This document shows positions 1 through 10,494 of a stretch of DNA of 64,000 bases, piece by piece. The stretch is from an uncultured bacterium. GTDB lineage: Bacteria > Cyanobacteriota > Vampirovibrionia > Gastranaerophilales > JAILCC01. Location: assembly GCA_949283935.1 (NCBI GenBank), contig CASDUJ010000021.1, positions 38,396 to 102,395 of the forward strand, read 5' to 3'. The first letter of the stretch is position 1, and every line of letters begins with the position of its first letter. The notes beneath the pieces are model-generated. The model was given only the letters and a program-made list of their open reading frames with translations, was not told where the DNA came from and did no database searches. Both the position numbers and the translations under genes were made by a program.

Positions 1-897
1 TTTTTCTGCTCCATCCGGAATAATTGCTACTATAAGTTTGTCTTTGTTGTCCACAAGTTTTGATATTTCAATAGCAGCATAAGTTGCTGCTCCACCTGAA
101 ATGCCAGACAAAATACCTTCTTTTTGTGCGAGAAGTTTTGCTGTTTCTATAGCCTTTTCGTCTTCTGCTCTGAATACCCAGTCTATTAAATTTACATTAC
201 AATTTTTAGGTATAAATCCTGCTCCAATTCCCTGAATCTTATGTGTACTTGGCTTTCCGCCTGATAATACTGGACTCATGTCTGGTTCTACTGCAATTGC
301 TTGTATATTAGGATTTTTTTCTTTTAAATATTTGGCAATTCCTGATAATGTTCCCCCAGTTCCAACTCCTGCTATTATCATATCTACTAAACCTTCTGTG
401 TCTTGCCAAATTTCTTGGGCCGTAGTTTTGTAATGTATCTCTGGATTAGCTTGATTATCAAATTGATTTGGAATTATTGAGTCTGAAATTTTCATGTGTA
501 ATTCTTTTGCTTTTTCTATTGCTCCTGTCATTCCTTTTTCTGCATCTGTGAGGACTATTTCTGCTCCCAAAAAAGTCAATAGCTTTCTCCTCTCTAAGCT
601 CATATTCGCTGGCATAGTTAATATAAGTTTGTAGCCTTTTATTGCACATACCATAGCTAGCCCAATACCGGTATTTCCACTAGTTGGTTCTATTAGCGTT
701 GATTTGCCCGGAGCAATAAGATTAGATTTTTCAGCTGTTTCTATTATATTTAAAGCTACTCTGTCTTTTACTGAACCCGCTGGATTATAACTCTCTAGTT
801 TTAAGGCTACTTTTGCATAACCATTACTGTTAAGCTTATTTAAATAAACCATAGGAGTTCTTCCTATAAGTTCAATAACATTTTTTTTTATGTTCAT
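1..897 (-). CDS. cysK: Cysteine synthase A (O-acetylserine sulfhydrylase), first ~299 codons; 3' end runs off the window
   Basis: My own minus-strand translation from the ATG (rc of cat 895-897) gives MNIKKNVIELIGRTPMVYLNKL...NPAGSVKDRVA...EPTSGNTGIGLA...GVGTGGTLSG...SGISGGAA. The frame is open to position 1. It is absent from the ORF track because there is no stop in the window. Confidence 0.85.
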   Translation of the reverse strand, partial: MNIKKNVIELIGRTPMVYLNKLNSNGYAKVALKLESYNPAGSVKDRVALNIIETAEKSNLIAPGKSTLIEPTSGNTGIGLAMVCAIKGYKLILTMPANMSLERRKLLTFLGAEIVLTDAEKGMTGAIEKAKELHMKISDSIIPNQFDNQANPEIHYKTTAQEIWQDTEGLVDMIIAGVGTGGTLSGIAKYLKEKNPNIQAIAVEPDMSPVLSGGKPSTHKIQGIGAGFIPKNCNVNLIDWVFRAEDEKAIETAKLLAQKEGILSGISGGAATYAAIEISKLVDNKDKLIVAIIPDGAEK

Positions 898-909
898 AAA
901 TAACTCCAA

Positions 910-1227
910 TTAGTAATCCCAAAGAGTTGAACGAACGTATATTTGGTGTGTTCCAAAATCACCGTAATCATCTGCAGGGTCAAGATATGCCATAACTTTA
1001 CGATATGCTTTTGCAATTGGGTTTGATGGCCAATGTGTTGGTAATTCTTCTCCAAATGTTTTGGCTTTGTTTATTTCTACAAGCCTTAACATATCTCCAC
1101 TATATCCTTGTGTATCTAAAAATTCATAACTCATGTAATCTTTAACAGTAATTTCTGCTTTGGAAACATTGCAATATACTAAAAATGCTAATAATATTGC
1201 GCAAAAAATAACTAATGATTTTCTCAT
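910..1227 (-). CDS. Small secreted protein of unknown function
   Basis: 105-aa ORF with a signal-peptide-like N-terminus (MRKSLVIFCAILLAFLVYCNVSKA). I recognise no family. Confidence 0.5.
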   Translation of the reverse strand: MRKSLVIFCAILLAFLVYCNVSKAEITVKDYMSYEFLDTQGYSGDMLRLVEINKAKTFGEELPTHWPSNPIAKAYRKVMAYLDPADDYGDFGTHQIYVRSTLWDY

Positions 1228-1389
1228 ATCATTCTCCTTTTAGTAAATTTTACTATTTTTTTGTCAAAAAAACATAATGTAAATGTTGTATGTTACTATT
1301 TCTTTAATTTGTTTTTTCATCTAAATAACGTAAGAAAAAAAAATATATATATGTTTTAATAATTGAGAAGAACTTTTGGAAAGATTTAT

Positions 1390-1827
1390 ATGATTTTGAA
1401 AACAACAAAATTTGGTGAAGTTGAAGTTAATGAAAATTATATTTTTGATTTCGTCGAACCTATTATAGGCTATGAAGAATACCATAAATTTGCTCTTGTT
1501 GACTATAACGTCAATTCACCTTTTAAATGGCTTCAGTCTGTAGAAAATCCGGACTTAGCCATGCCAGTAACTATTCCCGCATATTTTGGTATTCCTTATG
1601 AATTTACTATTCCAGATGAAAAAGAGCAAATTTTGGATGCAAAAGATGCCGGAGATATTTTGTGTTTGAATATTGCAAATGTTCCAAATGGAGCTCCGCA
1701 AAATACAACAATAAATTTACTTGCTCCAATTGTAATAAATACAGCTAATAAAAAAGCAATACAGCTTGTGTTATTGGATACAAATTTTGCGATAAAATAT
1801 AGACTTTTTGATGCAAAGGAAACATAA
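1390..1827 (+). CDS. fliW: Flagellar assembly factor FliW (CsrA antagonist)
   Basis: The ORF track gives 1363..1827. I prefer the ATG at 1390 (MILKTTKFGEVEVNENYIFDF..GYEEY.KF), a FliW-like N-terminus. The stop overlaps the csrA start as TAATG. Confidence 0.8.
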   Translation: MILKTTKFGEVEVNENYIFDFVEPIIGYEEYHKFALVDYNVNSPFKWLQSVENPDLAMPVTIPAYFGIPYEFTIPDEKEQILDAKDAGDILCLNIANVPNGAPQNTTINLLAPIVINTANKKAIQLVLLDTNFAIKYRLFDAKET

Positions 1828-2120
1828 TGTTAGTTTTAACAAGAAAACCAGGGCAAAGTATAGTTATAAATGATAATATAGAGGTAACTATTTTAGAAGT
1901 AAAAGGAGAATCTGTCAGAATAGGTATAGAAGCTCCTAAAGAGGTTACTATTTATCGTCATGAAATATATGAAGAAATAAAGAAAGAAAATTTGCGAACT
2001 GTTCAACAATCTTCACTAGAAGATATATCTGTTGCCCTAGATATGCTTAAAACTTACGCAAATAATAATCAAGATTATAAAATTTTAATAAATTCTGAAA
2101 AAAATAATGACAATAAATAA
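1827..2120 (+). CDS. csrA: Carbon storage regulator CsrA, with a long C-terminal extension (97 aa)
   Basis: MLVLTRKPGQSIVINDNIEVTILEVKGESVRIGIEAPKEVTIYRHEIYEEI matches the CsrA/RsmA core. It is coupled to fliW as in Bacillus-type flagellar loci. Confidence 0.9.
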   Translation: MLVLTRKPGQSIVINDNIEVTILEVKGESVRIGIEAPKEVTIYRHEIYEEIKKENLRTVQQSSLEDISVALDMLKTYANNNQDYKILINSEKNNDNK

Positions 2121-2796
2121 CGAATATATTTCTTTGCAAAAATTGGTATTAATAGAAAAAAAATATGCCAAAGCTATTGAATTAATAGCTAATTCTGCTT
2201 ATTTTGATGATTATTTATTCCAAGAATTATATGCAGATACTCTTTTCGCTTTAAATGATTTTCTAAAATCTGCTGTTATTTATGAAAAATTAAATGATTA
2301 TTATAAACTTGGTTATTGTAACCTTCTTTTAGGAGATTACTCCAAAGCTAAGTATTTTTGGGAAAAAGCTCCAAAGTCTCCTGCGCAAAATTGGGGGATG
2401 TTTTTTTGTGAGCTTTTTAGCGAAAAGGTTAGGGCTCTTCCTACTTATTTACAAATTCGAGCATTTCTAGAAAGAGATTTAGGTGCTTTTTTGAAACTTA
2501 ATCTCGTTGAATTTGTTCAAAAAATTATTGATATATCTGAATTTTTATTTGACATTAATCCAGAAACAAACAAAATTATTGCAAGAACTTTTTTATACAA
2601 AAATTATACTGAATTTGCTTCGGAGTATTTGTTTAGAGCTTTGGAGTTTACCAAAGAAGATGCTGAAATTTATTATTTGTTAGGGTTGTTGAATATAAAA
2701 AGAAACAAAACAAATGAAGCCAAAAATAATTTTCAACAAGCTATACTACTAAACAATAATTATGAACCAGCTAAATTGTTACTAAACAAGTTGTAA
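2107..2796 (+). CDS. TPR-repeat protein
   Basis: 229 aa with repeated A/Y/L-rich 34-aa-like units (e.g. AEIYYLLGLLNIKRNKTNEAKNNFQQAILLNNNYEPA). It overlaps the csrA 3' end by 14 nt. Confidence 0.6.
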   Translation: MTINNEYISLQKLVLIEKKYAKAIELIANSAYFDDYLFQELYADTLFALNDFLKSAVIYEKLNDYYKLGYCNLLLGDYSKAKYFWEKAPKSPAQNWGMFFCELFSEKVRALPTYLQIRAFLERDLGAFLKLNLVEFVQKIIDISEFLFDINPETNKIIARTFLYKNYTEFASEYLFRALEFTKEDAEIYYLLGLLNIKRNKTNEAKNNFQQAILLNNNYEPAKLLLNKL

Positions 2797-2804
2797 AATT
2801 AGTA

Positions 2805-4760
2805 TTAATTGACATTTTCTTGTCCTTTTGTTTGAATCTCTTTTAAAATTTCTTGTGCAAATTGATCTATATTCATTTCCCCAAGCTGCCCTCTACCAGA
2901 TGAACCTCGCACGGCAACAGTATTATTTGCAATCTCTTTGTCTCCAACAACAAGCATATAGGGAACTTTTTTATTTTGTGCTTCTCTTATCTTGTAGTTC
3001 ATTGATTCACTTCGGTCGTCAAGCTTTACCCTTATTCCTAATTGTCTAAGTTTTTTGTATATTTTTTCTGAGTAATCTATATGTCTGTCGGCTATAGGAA
3101 TTACTTCAACTTGGACTGGGGCTAGCCATGTTGGGAATGCTCCCGTGTAGTGTTCAATTAATAAACCTGCAAATCGTTCCATAGAACCAAATATTACTCT
3201 ATGAAGCATTACAGGAGTTTTTAATTCGCCATCCTTATCTTGATATTTTAATTCAAATCTTTCTGGTAAATTAAAATCAAGTTGGACAGTAGCACCTTGC
3301 CAAGTTCTTCCAATTGCATCTTTTAGCTTGAAGTCTATTTTGGGACCGTAAAATGCTCCGTCTCCGGCATTAATATCGTATTTTAAGCCTTTTTTATTCA
3401 ATGCTGCTACCAAACCCGCTTCGGCTTTTTCCCAATTTTCAAGTGAGCCAACAAAATTTTCTTCAGGTCTTGTCGATAATTCTACTTCGTATGAAATATT
3501 GAACATTTTTAGTGTGTCATCAACAAAATCTATTACATTTATTACTTCGTCTGTAATTTGTTCAATTGTGCAAAAAATGTGAGCATCATCTTGTGTAAAT
3601 CCTCTAACCCTAGTCATTCCTGATAGTGCTCCAGAGCGTTCATTTCTGTAAACTGTTCCTAGCTCAGCCATTCTTAATGGTAAATTTCTGTAACTTCTTC
3701 TTTCTGATTTATATATCAGCATGTGAAAAGGACAGTTCATTGGCTTTAGTATGAAATCTTCTTCTCCGTTACTTACAGTGAACATATTTTCTTTGTAATG
3801 TCCCATGTGCCCAGAAATCTCCCACAAATCAGGTTTTGCAATATGTGGAGTGTTTACTATTACGTAATCTCTTTTTCTGTGTTCTGTTCTCCAATAGTTT
3901 TCAATTTCTTCTCTTACTATAGCTAGGTTAGGGTGCCACAAAACAAGACCTGAGCCAACGTCGTTTTGTATGCTGAATAAATCAAGTTCTGTACCTAGCT
4001 TACGGTGATCTCTTTTTTGTGCTTCTTCTAATTGTTTTAAATATGTTTCTAAATCTTGTTTGTTAAAAAATGCTGTTGCGTATATTCTTTGCAACATTTT
4101 ATTTTTTTCAGAACCTCTCCAATATGCTCCAGCTACAGATAAAAGTTTAAATGCTTTTATTGGTTTTGTATTCATTAAATGAGGTCCACAGCAAAAATCA
4201 TTCCATAATTCTTTTCCATCTTGTGTTTTTGTACAATAAAGTGTAGGATTATCATTTATGTGTTCCAAAAGAAGTTCTGCTTTGTATATTTCTCCTTCTT
4301 TTTGAAATTCTTCTATTTTTTGTTTTGGATTTTCAAGTATGTGTTTTTCAAATACTAAATTTTGTGAAATTAGTTCTTTCATTTTGCTTTCAATTTTTTC
4401 AAAATCTTCTTCCTTTAAAGTTATTCCTTCTATGTCAAAATCATAATAGAACCCATTTTCAATTGCTGGACCTATGGCAAGTTTTGCTTGAGGGTATAAG
4501 TTTTGTACTGCCTGTGCCATAATATGCGAACAACTATGCCTTACAACATCTAATGCTTCAGGGTTTTTGTCTGTCAAAATTTCAATTTTGTCATTGTTTT
4601 GTAATTTATCTGTTAGTGAGCTTAGCTTGCCATTTATTTTTGCGGCAAGAGCATTTTTTGCAAGCCCTTCTGATATAGCCAAAGCTGCTTCGTATGCTGT
4701 TGAATTTTCTTTTAGTTTTAGTTTTGAATTATCCGGTAAAAAGATTTCAATTTGTGCCAT
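2805..4760 (-). CDS. thrS: Threonyl-tRNA synthetase
   Basis: 651 aa. It has an N-terminal TGS-like region, an editing-domain motif (RHSCSHIMAQA), a class II core (FRNE..GALSGMTRVRGFTQDDAHIF) and an anticodon-binding C-terminus. Confidence 0.95.
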   Translation of the reverse strand: MAQIEIFLPDNSKLKLKENSTAYEAALAISEGLAKNALAAKINGKLSSLTDKLQNNDKIEILTDKNPEALDVVRHSCSHIMAQAVQNLYPQAKLAIGPAIENGFYYDFDIEGITLKEEDFEKIESKMKELISQNLVFEKHILENPKQKIEEFQKEGEIYKAELLLEHINDNPTLYCTKTQDGKELWNDFCCGPHLMNTKPIKAFKLLSVAGAYWRGSEKNKMLQRIYATAFFNKQDLETYLKQLEEAQKRDHRKLGTELDLFSIQNDVGSGLVLWHPNLAIVREEIENYWRTEHRKRDYVIVNTPHIAKPDLWEISGHMGHYKENMFTVSNGEEDFILKPMNCPFHMLIYKSERRSYRNLPLRMAELGTVYRNERSGALSGMTRVRGFTQDDAHIFCTIEQITDEVINVIDFVDDTLKMFNISYEVELSTRPEENFVGSLENWEKAEAGLVAALNKKGLKYDINAGDGAFYGPKIDFKLKDAIGRTWQGATVQLDFNLPERFELKYQDKDGELKTPVMLHRVIFGSMERFAGLLIEHYTGAFPTWLAPVQVEVIPIADRHIDYSEKIYKKLRQLGIRVKLDDRSESMNYKIREAQNKKVPYMLVVGDKEIANNTVAVRGSSGRGQLGEMNIDQFAQEILKEIQTKGQENVN

Positions 4761-4869
4761 TTTTAGCCCTCTATAAACTCATATCTTAGTTAAAGAATAG
4801 CACTAAAAAATTTTAGTAACAACCAAACTTTTTGTTGAATATAAACTTTTTTTGTTTAAAATTAATACT

Positions 4870-5646
4870 ATGTTTAGTAATCAGGTCTTATTAGCATTTT
4901 TAATATCTTTTATTGCAGGATTGGCAACAAGTATCGGTGGAATATTAACTTTTTTTATAAAAAAAGATAACATGAAAGCACTAGCATTAGGCTTAAGTTT
5001 TTCTGCTGGAGTTATGATATATTTATCTTTTATGGAAATTTTACCTGATGCTATGAATTGGCTTGCAGGTCTGTTTGGAGAAAAAAAGGGTAGCTTAATA
5101 GCTGTTTGTATATTTTTGGCTGGTATATTACTTGCTGCTTTAATTGATTATTTGATGCCTGATCATGTAACCTGCGATATGATTACAGATCATAGAAAAA
5201 AATTGAAACGAGTTGGAATTTTTGCAGCAATTGCAATTTCTATTCATAATTTTCCTGAAGGTTTGGCTACTTTTATGACAGGACTTAAAAGTATATCTTT
5301 AAGTATCCCTATTGCGCTTGCTATTGCATTGCATAATATTCCTGAGGGAATTTCTGTTGCTTTGCCGATATATAATGCTACAGGCAAAAAAAGAAAAGCT
5401 TTCTTTTGGGCAAGTTTGTCTGGTATGGCGGAACCATTGGGTGCTGTATTGGGGTTTTTGGTTTTAAGAGATTATTTAAATGATTTTACTTTTGGCATAT
5501 TGTTTGCCCTAATTGCAGGTATAATGATATACTTGTCTTTAGATGAGCTTTTACCTTTGGCAAATGAATATGATGAAACTCATCAAGGTATCATAGGTGT
5601 TTCTATGGGAATTATGGTAATGGCTTTTACTATGATTTTTATCTAA
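4870..5646 (+). CDS. zupT: ZIP-family zinc transporter ZupT
   Basis: Multi-TM protein with two HN(F/I)PEG motifs (HNFPEGLA, HNIPEGIS). The ATG at 4870 is preferred over the TTG at 4852. Confidence 0.85.
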   Translation: MFSNQVLLAFLISFIAGLATSIGGILTFFIKKDNMKALALGLSFSAGVMIYLSFMEILPDAMNWLAGLFGEKKGSLIAVCIFLAGILLAALIDYLMPDHVTCDMITDHRKKLKRVGIFAAIAISIHNFPEGLATFMTGLKSISLSIPIALAIALHNIPEGISVALPIYNATGKKRKAFFWASLSGMAEPLGAVLGFLVLRDYLNDFTFGILFALIAGIMIYLSLDELLPLANEYDETHQGIIGVSMGIMVMAFTMIFI

Positions 5647-5710
5647 ATCATCTGTTTGAAGGATAAATTTAACTCTTCTACAAGTTAAAATAAATTATAA
5701 GATAGATGGA

Positions 5711-6295
5711 GTGTGTAATTTGGCTAAATTATTAAAACTTTTCGTTATCATATTTTTATTTACAGGAATTTTTGTTCCTTTAGCTCTCGCTTCAGAAAAT
5801 AGTATACAAGGTCCTACTTTGGGTAAGGTTTCGTCTTTTTATGGAACAAGAGAAGATCCTTTTCATGGGCACAAGGCTAACCATATGGGCTTAGATATTG
5901 CTGCTGATGCAGGTACACCTATTTATGCTATGCAAGAGGGAATAGTTTCTTTTAGTGGGAAAAAAGGTGGTTATGGTAATTGCGTTAAAATAGATCATTT
6001 TTTCTATTTGGTTCCTGAATTGCCTCAAGTTACCACTCTTTATGGACATATGTCAAAAATTTATGTAAAAGAAGGCGAATTGGTTAGACGTGGACAAGTT
6101 ATTGGCTTAATTGGAAGTACCGGACGTTCGACTGGTCCTCATCTGCATTATGAAGTTTTTTATAAAGGTAAAAATATCGATCCTGTTGAATATCTAAAAA
6201 AATTACCGGGATATTTGGAATATGCAAATTATGTAAGAAAAAATCAAACTTTTGCAAGATATAATGCTTCAAATTATACGAAAGGAAATTATTAG
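5711..6295 (+). CDS. M23-family metallopeptidase (peptidoglycan DD-endopeptidase-like), secreted
   Basis: Signal/TM N-terminus, then HMGLDIAA...GSTGRSTGPHLHYEV (the HxxxD and HxH M23 motifs). GTG start. Confidence 0.85.
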   Translation: MCNLAKLLKLFVIIFLFTGIFVPLALASENSIQGPTLGKVSSFYGTREDPFHGHKANHMGLDIAADAGTPIYAMQEGIVSFSGKKGGYGNCVKIDHFFYLVPELPQVTTLYGHMSKIYVKEGELVRRGQVIGLIGSTGRSTGPHLHYEVFYKGKNIDPVEYLKKLPGYLEYANYVRKNQTFARYNASNYTKGNY

Positions 6296-6372
6296 TGTTT
6301 TTGATTTTTATTGGAAATTCATTATATAAAATGTAAGAATGTTGGCATGGTTAGTAATTAGGGTAAGAATTA

Positions 6373-7008
6373 ATGAAGAAGTTGGGAACAGTTTTGCTAT
6401 TAGTTGTTGGAGTGATATTAGGTGCTAATTTGGTTTTTGCGGAGCCCATGCCTAGTGATATTTTGTGCGAGAAAGACTATGCTAAAGTTACTGATGATGT
6501 AAAAATTTGCAGGGCTTTAAATGTTTTGAAAGGGACTATTGGAGAATTTTCAAGAGATGCAATTTTGGGAGAAAATCTTACAAATAAACCCATAAAAGTT
6601 GAATTTATGGAATTGTCTACATTAAAACCTCAGTATGCTAATTACGATGCATTGGGTATAAAAAAGAAAAATCAACTTTATATTTATATAAATCAAAAAC
6701 ATTCTAATGCTCCTGCTGAAGCTTTGGCTGCATTACTAAGTCATGAAGCTTTGCATCAGGATGAATATAATTCAATAAGCGAAGAAACTTACGCTTGGAC
6801 TATGGAAGCTAAGGTTTGGGCAGATTTGTGTAAAAAAAATCCTAAATTGCGTAATAATAAAATTTCATCTCTTGCTGCTCGCGAAAATATTTTGTTAAAA
6901 ATGCTGGAGAATGCAAATTATTCAAATATTTTGATTAAAAACACTGTGGTTAATCATCCGGGTTACAAATCTTTGCCTCAGAAATCTCCGGGTTTTGATT
7001 CTTTCTAA
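6373..7008 (+). CDS. Secreted protein with an HExxH zincin-like motif, unknown function
   Basis: Signal peptide [23 protein letters not shown]. The only recognisable motif is [14 protein letters not shown]. Confidence 0.5.
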   Translation: MKKLGTVLLLVVGVILGANLVFAEPMPSDILCEKDYAKVTDDVKICRALNVLKGTIGEFSRDAILGENLTNKPIKVEFMELSTLKPQYANYDALGIKKKNQLYIYINQKHSNAPAEALAALLSHEALHQDEYNSISEETYAWTMEAKVWADLCKKNPKLRNNKISSLAARENILLKMLENANYSNILIKNTVVNHPGYKSLPQKSPGFDSF

Positions 7009-7214
7009 GGCACTGGATCATATCCTCCTTTGTTCCAAGGGTGACATCTGCAAATTCTTTTTATTCCTAGCCAAGTACCTTTAAATATTCCGTATTTTAT
7101 TATGGCTTCTTTCGTATATTGTGAGCATGTTGGATAAAATCTGCAAACTCTGGGAGTGTATTTAGAAATTTGCTGGTAAATATTGATCAAAATTATAAGT
7201 AAATTTTTAACCAT
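7005..7214 (-). CDS. yidD: Membrane protein insertion efficiency factor YidD
   Basis: 69 aa with [16 protein letters not shown]...G..L...RI.RCHPW..GGYDP, the classic YidD signature. It lies downstream of rnpA. Confidence 0.9.
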   Translation of the reverse strand: MVKNLLIILINIYQQISKYTPRVCRFYPTCSQYTKEAIIKYGIFKGTWLGIKRICRCHPWNKGGYDPVP

Positions 7215-7569
7215 ATTTCTTTACAGCCTTTTTTAGATTATATTGCATTTCTTCTTTTATTTTTTGAAAATTAGCGTCAATACACGGTTTTTTTGCCAAA
7301 AAGATAAGGGATATCCATTTTTGATATTCTGGATTTTCTATTATAAGGTTTTTGTAAGCTTCTCTCATTTTTCTTTTTATTTTGTTTCTTACCGTAGCTC
7401 TTTTGTCAATTTTTTTTGACACAACAAAAGCCACCTTAGATATATAATCTTCAAATGGCTTTTGTTTTCCTATGTGTAATGCAAAATATGAACTTAAGAC
7501 ATATTTTTTTTGTGCGTACGTAGCTACAAACTCAGCATTTTTTCTTAGTCTGTATCTTTTTGGCAACAT
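7207..7569 (-). CDS. rnpA: Ribonuclease P protein component
   Basis: 120-aa basic protein ([13 protein letters not shown]...[19 protein letters not shown]) in the conserved rpmH-rnpA-yidD order. Confidence 0.85.
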   Translation of the reverse strand: MLPKRYRLRKNAEFVATYAQKKYVLSSYFALHIGKQKPFEDYISKVAFVVSKKIDKRATVRNKIKRKMREAYKNLIIENPEYQKWISLIFLAKKPCIDANFQKIKEEMQYNLKKAVKKYG

Positions 7570-7576
7570 TAATATC

Positions 7577-7729
7577 TTATGCTCTGTTTTTTGCAGTAAT
7601 CGCTACTTTGTGGCGACCTTTTGCTCTACGTCTGTTTATAACATTTTGTCCGTTAGAAGTAGCCATTCTTGCACGAAAGCCACTAACATTTTGTCTTTTT
7701 CTTTTTGTTCCTTCTAATGTGCGTTTCAT
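7577..7729 (-). CDS. rpmH: 50S ribosomal protein L34
   Basis: This ORF is below the ORF-track size cutoff. My translation is [50 protein letters not shown] (50 aa). A GGAG lies upstream. Confidence 0.9.
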   Translation of the reverse strand: MKRTLEGTKRKRQNVSGFRARMATSNGQNVINRRRAKGRHKVAITAKNRA

Positions 7730-7895
7730 TATTTTGCTCCGTTAATTATTTGCGTCCATATCTTACATACTAATAAAGACATACATTTTGGTCAAGGGGA
7801 TATTTCAAATATTTAACTAATTTTGAACCAATTACTATTCTTTTTCTGTGCAATTTGTTGTTTTGTGTTAAAATATTTTCATATATGGAGGAGCA

Positions 7896-9326
7896 ATGGG
7901 TATTACAATTTTCGAAAAATCTAATAAAAAAATAAAAAATTTTGAAGAAAAACCTTGTAATTTAGAACTTTTAGGTAAAACTATTCAACGGAAGTTTTTG
8001 AGAAATGAGAAAATTGATCTTCCTATTATCTCTGAACAAGAGGTTGTTAGACATTTTACGAATTTGTCTAAAAAAAATTTTGCTTTAGATTCTGGGTTTT
8101 ATCCTTTGGGGTCTTGTACAATGAAATATAATCCCAAAATAAATGAATGGGCTGCTACTCTAGATGGATTTGCGAATATTCATCCTCACCAAAGTGATGA
8201 GAGTATTCAAGGTGCTCTTGCCTTAATGTACACTCTGCAACGACAACTATGTGCAATTACAGGTATGGATGCTATTTCCTTACAGCCTGAAGCTGGTGCT
8301 CATGGCGAATTAACTGGAATGATGGTCATAAAAGCTTATTTTAATTCCAAAGGCATAAAAAAAACAAAAGTATTAGTTCCTGATTCTGCTCATGGAACCA
8401 ATCCTGCTTCAGCCAAAATGTGTGGCTTTGAGGTTGTCGAAGTTAAATCTACTGATAAAGGTTTAGTAGATATGAATGAGCTTAAACGTCTTTTAGATGA
8501 CGAAGTTGCCGCACTTATGCTTACAAATCCTAATACTTTAGGTCTTTTTGAAAAAAATATATCAGAAATTTCAAAACTTGTTCATGATGCGGGAGGTCTT
8601 TTGTATTATGATGGTGCAAATCTCAATGCAGTTATGGGCATTTCCAATCCTGCTATAATGGGTTTTGATGTTGTTCATTTAAATTTGCATAAAACTTTTT
8701 CTACTCCACATGGTTGTGGTGGACCTGGAGCAGGCCCTATAGGTGTAGTGAAAAAACTTGAGGATTTTTTACCTGTTCCTGTTGTAAAATTTAAAGATAA
8801 AAAATATTATCGCGATTATGATATTAAAAATACAATTGGAAAAGTAAGTTCATTTTGGGGCAATTTTGGAGTGTTAGTTCGTGCATATACTTACATAACT
8901 ATGATGGGAAAAGATTTGAAACAGGCTTCTATTGATGCGGTTTTAAATGCAAATTATCTAAAACAAAAACTTAGTGATTGCTACAAAATAGCTATAGATG
9001 AAATTTGTGCTCACGAATTTGTTTTGACTAATGAATTACAAAAAGCTTTTGGAGTTAGTACATTACAATTGGCTAAAAGACTTATTGATTACGGATTTCA
9101 TCCTCCTACAATATATTTTCCTTTAATTGTACATGAGGCAATGATGATTGAGCCTACTGAGACTGAAACAAAAGAAACTTTGGATGAATTTATTGAAGTT
9201 ATGAAAAAAATTGCAAAAGAGGCTTCTGATTCTCCAGATTTTTTAGCCAATGCTCCGCATAATACGCCTGTAAGAAAAGTAGATGAGACCTATGCTGCAA
9301 GGAATCCAAATTTAAAGTGGAGTTAA
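7896..9326 (+). CDS. gcvPB: Glycine dehydrogenase (decarboxylating) subunit 2
   Basis: 476 aa with the PLP site region [19 protein letters not shown] and a GcvPB-like N-terminus. RBS GGAGGAG upstream. No gcvPA is adjacent. Confidence 0.9.
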   Translation: MGITIFEKSNKKIKNFEEKPCNLELLGKTIQRKFLRNEKIDLPIISEQEVVRHFTNLSKKNFALDSGFYPLGSCTMKYNPKINEWAATLDGFANIHPHQSDESIQGALALMYTLQRQLCAITGMDAISLQPEAGAHGELTGMMVIKAYFNSKGIKKTKVLVPDSAHGTNPASAKMCGFEVVEVKSTDKGLVDMNELKRLLDDEVAALMLTNPNTLGLFEKNISEISKLVHDAGGLLYYDGANLNAVMGISNPAIMGFDVVHLNLHKTFSTPHGCGGPGAGPIGVVKKLEDFLPVPVVKFKDKKYYRDYDIKNTIGKVSSFWGNFGVLVRAYTYITMMGKDLKQASIDAVLNANYLKQKLSDCYKIAIDEICAHEFVLTNELQKAFGVSTLQLAKRLIDYGFHPPTIYFPLIVHEAMMIEPTETETKETLDEFIEVMKKIAKEASDSPDFLANAPHNTPVRKVDETYAARNPNLKWS

Positions 9327-9402
9327 TTAACATTTCTTAATATATCAGCAAATTTATTTATTTTTGTATATGATATATCTGTGTAGTTTAGAAAGGGTGT
9401 TT

Positions 9403-9861
9403 ATGGTTTCGGTTTATCCTGTTGGGTGTTATACTCAAAATCAAATGGTTGTAAAACCACAAAACAATTATTATGAAAATCCTATTAACAGAAATACAGA
9501 AAAAAATCTTGCTATCCTAAGTTCACTAGGAGTTGCTGCTTTAGCAGGAGTTACTGTGGCAGGATTAACTTCTTGTGTAAAAAAAGGGTATAAGGTGCCT
9601 TCAATTGTCGGAGGTTTAGCAGCTTTGGCTACCTTAGCTTTAATGTTGCCTGCTAAATTGTACAACACAAAAGTTGGTGCATTTACCAGAGAAAAAGAAA
9701 TGGATGTATTTTCGCGACAAAAGGAAGCACAAGCCAGTATTTATGATGGAATTAATACAGAAATTCAGGATGATAATGTATCTTTAGCCGACAAAATAAG
9801 TCATTATGCGACTGCAAAAATGGCAGATAATGGTAATGGATTATTGGTAAAGGGTGCGTAG
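9403..9861 (+). CDS. Two-TM membrane protein, unknown function (tandem paralog 1)
   Basis: ATG at 9403 with GAAAGGG upstream. It has two hydrophobic helices followed by the FTREKEMDVFSRQKEAQ motif, which is shared with the next gene. Confidence 0.55.
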   Translation: MVSVYPVGCYTQNQMVVKPQNNYYENPINRNTEKNLAILSSLGVAALAGVTVAGLTSCVKKGYKVPSIVGGLAALATLALMLPAKLYNTKVGAFTREKEMDVFSRQKEAQASIYDGINTEIQDDNVSLADKISHYATAKMADNGNGLLVKGA

Positions 9862-9864
9862 TAA

Positions 9865-10437
9865 ATGTCGTCTTTGTTTGTGAATGCTCTCTCATTTAGA
9901 GCAGCATCTTCGCAATCTAATAAAATACCCCAGCATACTTTGCCAAATGAAAACAATGTAATTTCTCAAAAAGGAGAAACAGCACTTTTGGTCAAGGGAA
10001 CTTTTTTTGCTGGGCTTGCATTGGGGGCTCGTTTAATTTTTGAGATTTTTGATGGAGATTTTTTAGTAGAAACTGCTGGAAAAAAAGCTGCTGAAATTGT
10101 TGAAAAGACAAGAAAAAATACATCTCCTATTAAGAAAAATTTAATTTGGATAGGTGCTACTGCTGCGATTTTAGCGGCTGGTATAAGTGGTTTTGCTTTG
10201 TTGTATACAATGTTTAATGCTCCTAAAATTGCTTACAAAAGTAAAATTAATACTTTTTCCAAAGGAAAAGAAATGGACGTATACATCAAAGCTAATAATG
10301 CAGAAAAAGAGTTGTACACACAACTAAACCAACAAGCATTGACTGCAGATAATAATAAAAAAGATGAACTGAGAAGACAGTATGTCCAACTTATGCTTGC
10401 AAAAAATAAAATTCCTAATTTTGTGCATCAAAAATAG
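9865..10437 (+). CDS. Two-TM membrane protein, unknown function (tandem paralog 2)
   Basis: 190 aa. Helices are followed by FSKGKEMDVYIKANNAEKE. ALLVKGT near its N-terminus echoes GLLVKGA at the C-terminus of the preceding protein. Confidence 0.55.
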   Translation: MSSLFVNALSFRAASSQSNKIPQHTLPNENNVISQKGETALLVKGTFFAGLALGARLIFEIFDGDFLVETAGKKAAEIVEKTRKNTSPIKKNLIWIGATAAILAAGISGFALLYTMFNAPKIAYKSKINTFSKGKEMDVYIKANNAEKELYTQLNQQALTADNNKKDELRRQYVQLMLAKNKIPNFVHQK

Positions 10438-10494
10438 TTTACGCAATTTTTCTTTCCAGAAATTTTTTATTTATTTGTAAGGAATGGGTAATTT

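Noticed and set aside
7730-7895. I considered a replication origin or DnaA-box cluster next to rpmH-rnpA, where dnaA/oriC often lies.
   Set aside because: There is no dnaA gene in the window, and I could find no TTATCCACA-like boxes in this intergenic region. Isolated 8/9 matches elsewhere (e.g. inside ppdK near 37240) are coding and solitary.
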